This document shows, in pieces, positions 61,869-64,000 of a stretch of DNA of 64,000 nucleotides. Position 1 is the first letter of the stretch; each line of letters opens with the position of its first letter. The notes below the pieces were generated by a model, which was not told the origin of the DNA, did no database searches, and saw only the letters and a list, made by a program, of their open reading frames with translations. Source of the stretch: Candidatus Hydrogenedentota bacterium. Lineage in GTDB: Bacteria > Hydrogenedentota > Hydrogenedentia > Hydrogenedentales > SLHB01. The stretch spans positions 235,137 through 299,136 of the forward strand of contig BTWA01000002.1 in the NCBI GenBank assembly GCA_045863295.1, in the 5' to 3' direction. The translations under genes were made by a program, and so were the position numbers.

Positions 61869-63026
61869 GTGAATGAAACTGTTGCAGGAGTAGAGATTCA
61901 GAGCGTGACGCACGGTGGACACGGCCTTGCTCGACTGGACGGGCAAGTCTGTTTCGTGCCTGGGGCTCTTCCGGGCGATGTGGTGGATTTGCATCGAGTG
62001 CGAAAGCACAAGGGCGTTCACTGGGGCGATGTTGCGCGCGTGGTTCGGGCCTCCTCTGATCGCATTGTGGCAGATTGCCCCGTGTTTGGCCGCTGCGGGG
62101 GCTGCTCGTGGCTGCATTTCGCCTATCCAGCGCAGGGGGAGTGGAAGCGGCGGATGGTCGAGGAGGCGTTCCGCCGGCTGGCCCGAATCGAGGTGGCGGT
62201 TGTGTTGGCGGAGGATCCTGCGTATCGATTTCATTACCGCACGCGTGCCCGATTTCATGGAGACGGTGCGTGTTGGGGATTTTTTGCCGAAGCGAGTCAC
62301 GATGTCGTGGATATCGTGGCCTGTCCGTTGTTGCATCCCTTTCTGAACACTGCGTTCGCGAAATTGCGCGAAACCGATTTCAGGGGTGAAGTGGAGATTA
62401 CGGTACATCCTGAAACCGGCGAAACCCTGGTTTGGACTCATGCGATTGCAGATGAATTGCGCCGTGTTTTTCCTTCGGTAGAGTGCCGCCAAAGCAACAC
62501 GCGATCGCAGTTTCTGTTCGATGGCGCGCCCATCGTCAACGGCACGTTTTCCCAGAGTAGCCTTCTGCTTAACCGGTTGTTGGTTTCTCGTGTGCGGGAT
62601 TTGGCCGCCGGTGCGAAACGCGTGATCGATCTTTATTGTGGAAGCGGCAATTTCTCGCTTGGATTTGCCGATTCGGCAGAGGTGATTGGGATTGATCACA
62701 ATTACCTTGGCGTATCGGCAGCCGCAAAACTTGGGAAGGGCGAATACATATGTGGCAATGAGGACCTTATGGCGCGAACTTTGGGCGAGGCTCCTTGGGA
62801 TGTCGTCATTCTTGATCCGCCGCGCACTGGCGCCAAGGCCATTGTACCGGCACTGGCGAGTACCCATGCCGGGCGCATTATCTATGTATCGTGTGACCCG
62901 GCCACACTTGCCCGGGATGCGGCACAGCTAGCTGGCCAGGGTTGGCGAATTGACAATGTGACGGCAGTGGACATGTTTCCTTTTACGTGCCATGTGGAAG
63001 TCATTTGTGTGTTTTCCCGTCTTTGA
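61869..63026 (+). CDS. RNA (uracil-5)-methyltransferase, RlmD/TrmA family with TRAM domain
   Basis: CPVFGRCGGC, DLYCGSGNF, DPPRTG, YVSCDPATLARD, DMFPFTCHVE. Confidence 0.92.
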   Translation: MNETVAGVEIQSVTHGGHGLARLDGQVCFVPGALPGDVVDLHRVRKHKGVHWGDVARVVRASSDRIVADCPVFGRCGGCSWLHFAYPAQGEWKRRMVEEAFRRLARIEVAVVLAEDPAYRFHYRTRARFHGDGACWGFFAEASHDVVDIVACPLLHPFLNTAFAKLRETDFRGEVEITVHPETGETLVWTHAIADELRRVFPSVECRQSNTRSQFLFDGAPIVNGTFSQSSLLLNRLLVSRVRDLAAGAKRVIDLYCGSGNFSLGFADSAEVIGIDHNYLGVSAAAKLGKGEYICGNEDLMARTLGEAPWDVVILDPPRTGAKAIVPALASTHAGRIIYVSCDPATLARDAAQLAGQGWRIDNVTAVDMFPFTCHVEVICVFSRL

Positions 63027-63130
63027 CACCCTTCCCCGGTGTCGGGTAGCATCCGCAAGTCTGTTTGCAGCAACGATACCCATACCGTTCCAACGGTGCA
63101 CTGTGCCAATTCAGGAAGTGATGGAACCTC

Positions 63131-64000
63131 ATGACTGCTGAAGCTCGTACCCGCGTTTCGCTGGATACCCGTACTAATCCGGGATGGACGTCCTGGGTCC
63201 TTTTTCTGATCATATTGATCTTCTTCTTTGGTTCTGGGGCCTGCGGCCTGGTCTATCAGGTGGTATGGACGCGTAAACTCGTGCTTTTGTTGGGGACAGC
63301 GTCGTACGCAGTGAGTACTGTGTTGTCCGTGTTTTTCTTGGGGTTGGGTGTGGGCAGTCTCTGGGGCGGGCGGTTGGCGGACCGTAGTGCTCGACCGCTT
63401 TTTCTTTATGGCGTCTTTGAAATTCTGATTGGTGTCTGGGCAGCCGTCTTCATACTTACTGTTGATCACGTGGAGGCACTTGCCATCCCGCTTCTGCGGC
63501 TTGGCGAATCCGCGCGATTGACCGGGGTCGGCATTCGTGCCTTGCTTGCATTGGCGTTCTTGATTGTCCCTGTCACTCTGATGGGGGCGACACTGCCGCT
63601 GCTGGCGCGATACGTTACGCGCCAAAAGTCTTATTGGGGCGGCCGAGTCGGGTCGCTCTACAGTCTTAATACGTTCGGTGCCGTGGCAGGTTGTGCGAGC
63701 GCTGGATTCCTGTTGCTGCCTGCGCTGGGATACACGCGGTCGACCTTTCTCGGAGTGCTTGTCAATGTTTTGATCGGTTTAGCTGCTTTGGCTATGTCAC
63801 GTGCGACTGAACGCGGATCTCACATTGAACAGGAGCCGGAGTCGGATGTCGATCCGGAAACCGTGCGTTCCAAGGCGACGCCGGCTGTCCTGATTGCGTT
63901 TGCGGTTTCAGGATTTTGTTTTCTTGCGCTGGAAGTATTTTGGACCCGTCTGCTGACCATTGTTTTTTTAGGCACCACCTACGCATATACGACCATGTTG
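63131..64000 (+). CDS. Fused MFS/spermidine synthase family protein (partial)
   Basis: Manual translation: FFGSGACGLVYQVVWTRKL..GTASYAVSTVLSVFFLGLGVGS, MGATLP, SLYSLNTFGA; runs off the window. Confidence 0.87.
   Translation, partial: MTAEARTRVSLDTRTNPGWTSWVLFLIILIFFFGSGACGLVYQVVWTRKLVLLLGTASYAVSTVLSVFFLGLGVGSLWGGRLADRSARPLFLYGVFEILIGVWAAVFILTVDHVEALAIPLLRLGESARLTGVGIRALLALAFLIVPVTLMGATLPLLARYVTRQKSYWGGRVGSLYSLNTFGAVAGCASAGFLLLPALGYTRSTFLGVLVNVLIGLAALAMSRATERGSHIEQEPESDVDPETVRSKATPAVLIAFAVSGFCFLALEVFWTRLLTIVFLGTTYAYTTML

Overview
GC-rich bacterial chromosomal segment, probably from an uncultured lineage; the gene content (DUF2961, DUF4838, PmoA-like and giant TPR proteins) suggests Hydrogenedentota/PVC-like organisms, which is inference only. 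The left part carries core genes: gap-pgk, rpsO-pnp-M16 peptidase-dut and an orphan ribulokinase. Next come a PilGHI/Xap-like ABC module and a phage-shock locus (pspF divergent from PilZ-pspA-pspC-small membrane protein), then TerC, secreted/carbohydrate proteins, a desaturase and a lipoprotein tyrosinase. The right part has a mitochondrial-type aconitase, GDPD-LMW-PTP-fructosamine kinase, a PbfA-like PLP enzyme, ROK/PIG-L, a BtuF/FecCD-type ABC importer, ActP, an AAA_14/DUF4143 ATPase, a pRiA4b ORF-3 protein, a ~2950-aa TPR protein, tRNA-Val(CAC), an RlmD-like methyltransferase and a fused MFS/spermidine synthase running off the end. The main leads are: (1) a PilZ gene leading a sigma54 psp operon that lacks pspB; (2) two unannotated ~45-aa hydrophobic peptides, each with its own promoter, RBS and terminator; (3) a MITE-like element with 15-bp inverted repeats around three palindromic 24-bp units; (4) several structured leader RNAs; (5) an apparent GC-skew flip near 26-29 kb. 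No CRISPR array, integrase or transposase was seen. All family calls come from motif recognition by eye, not database searches.
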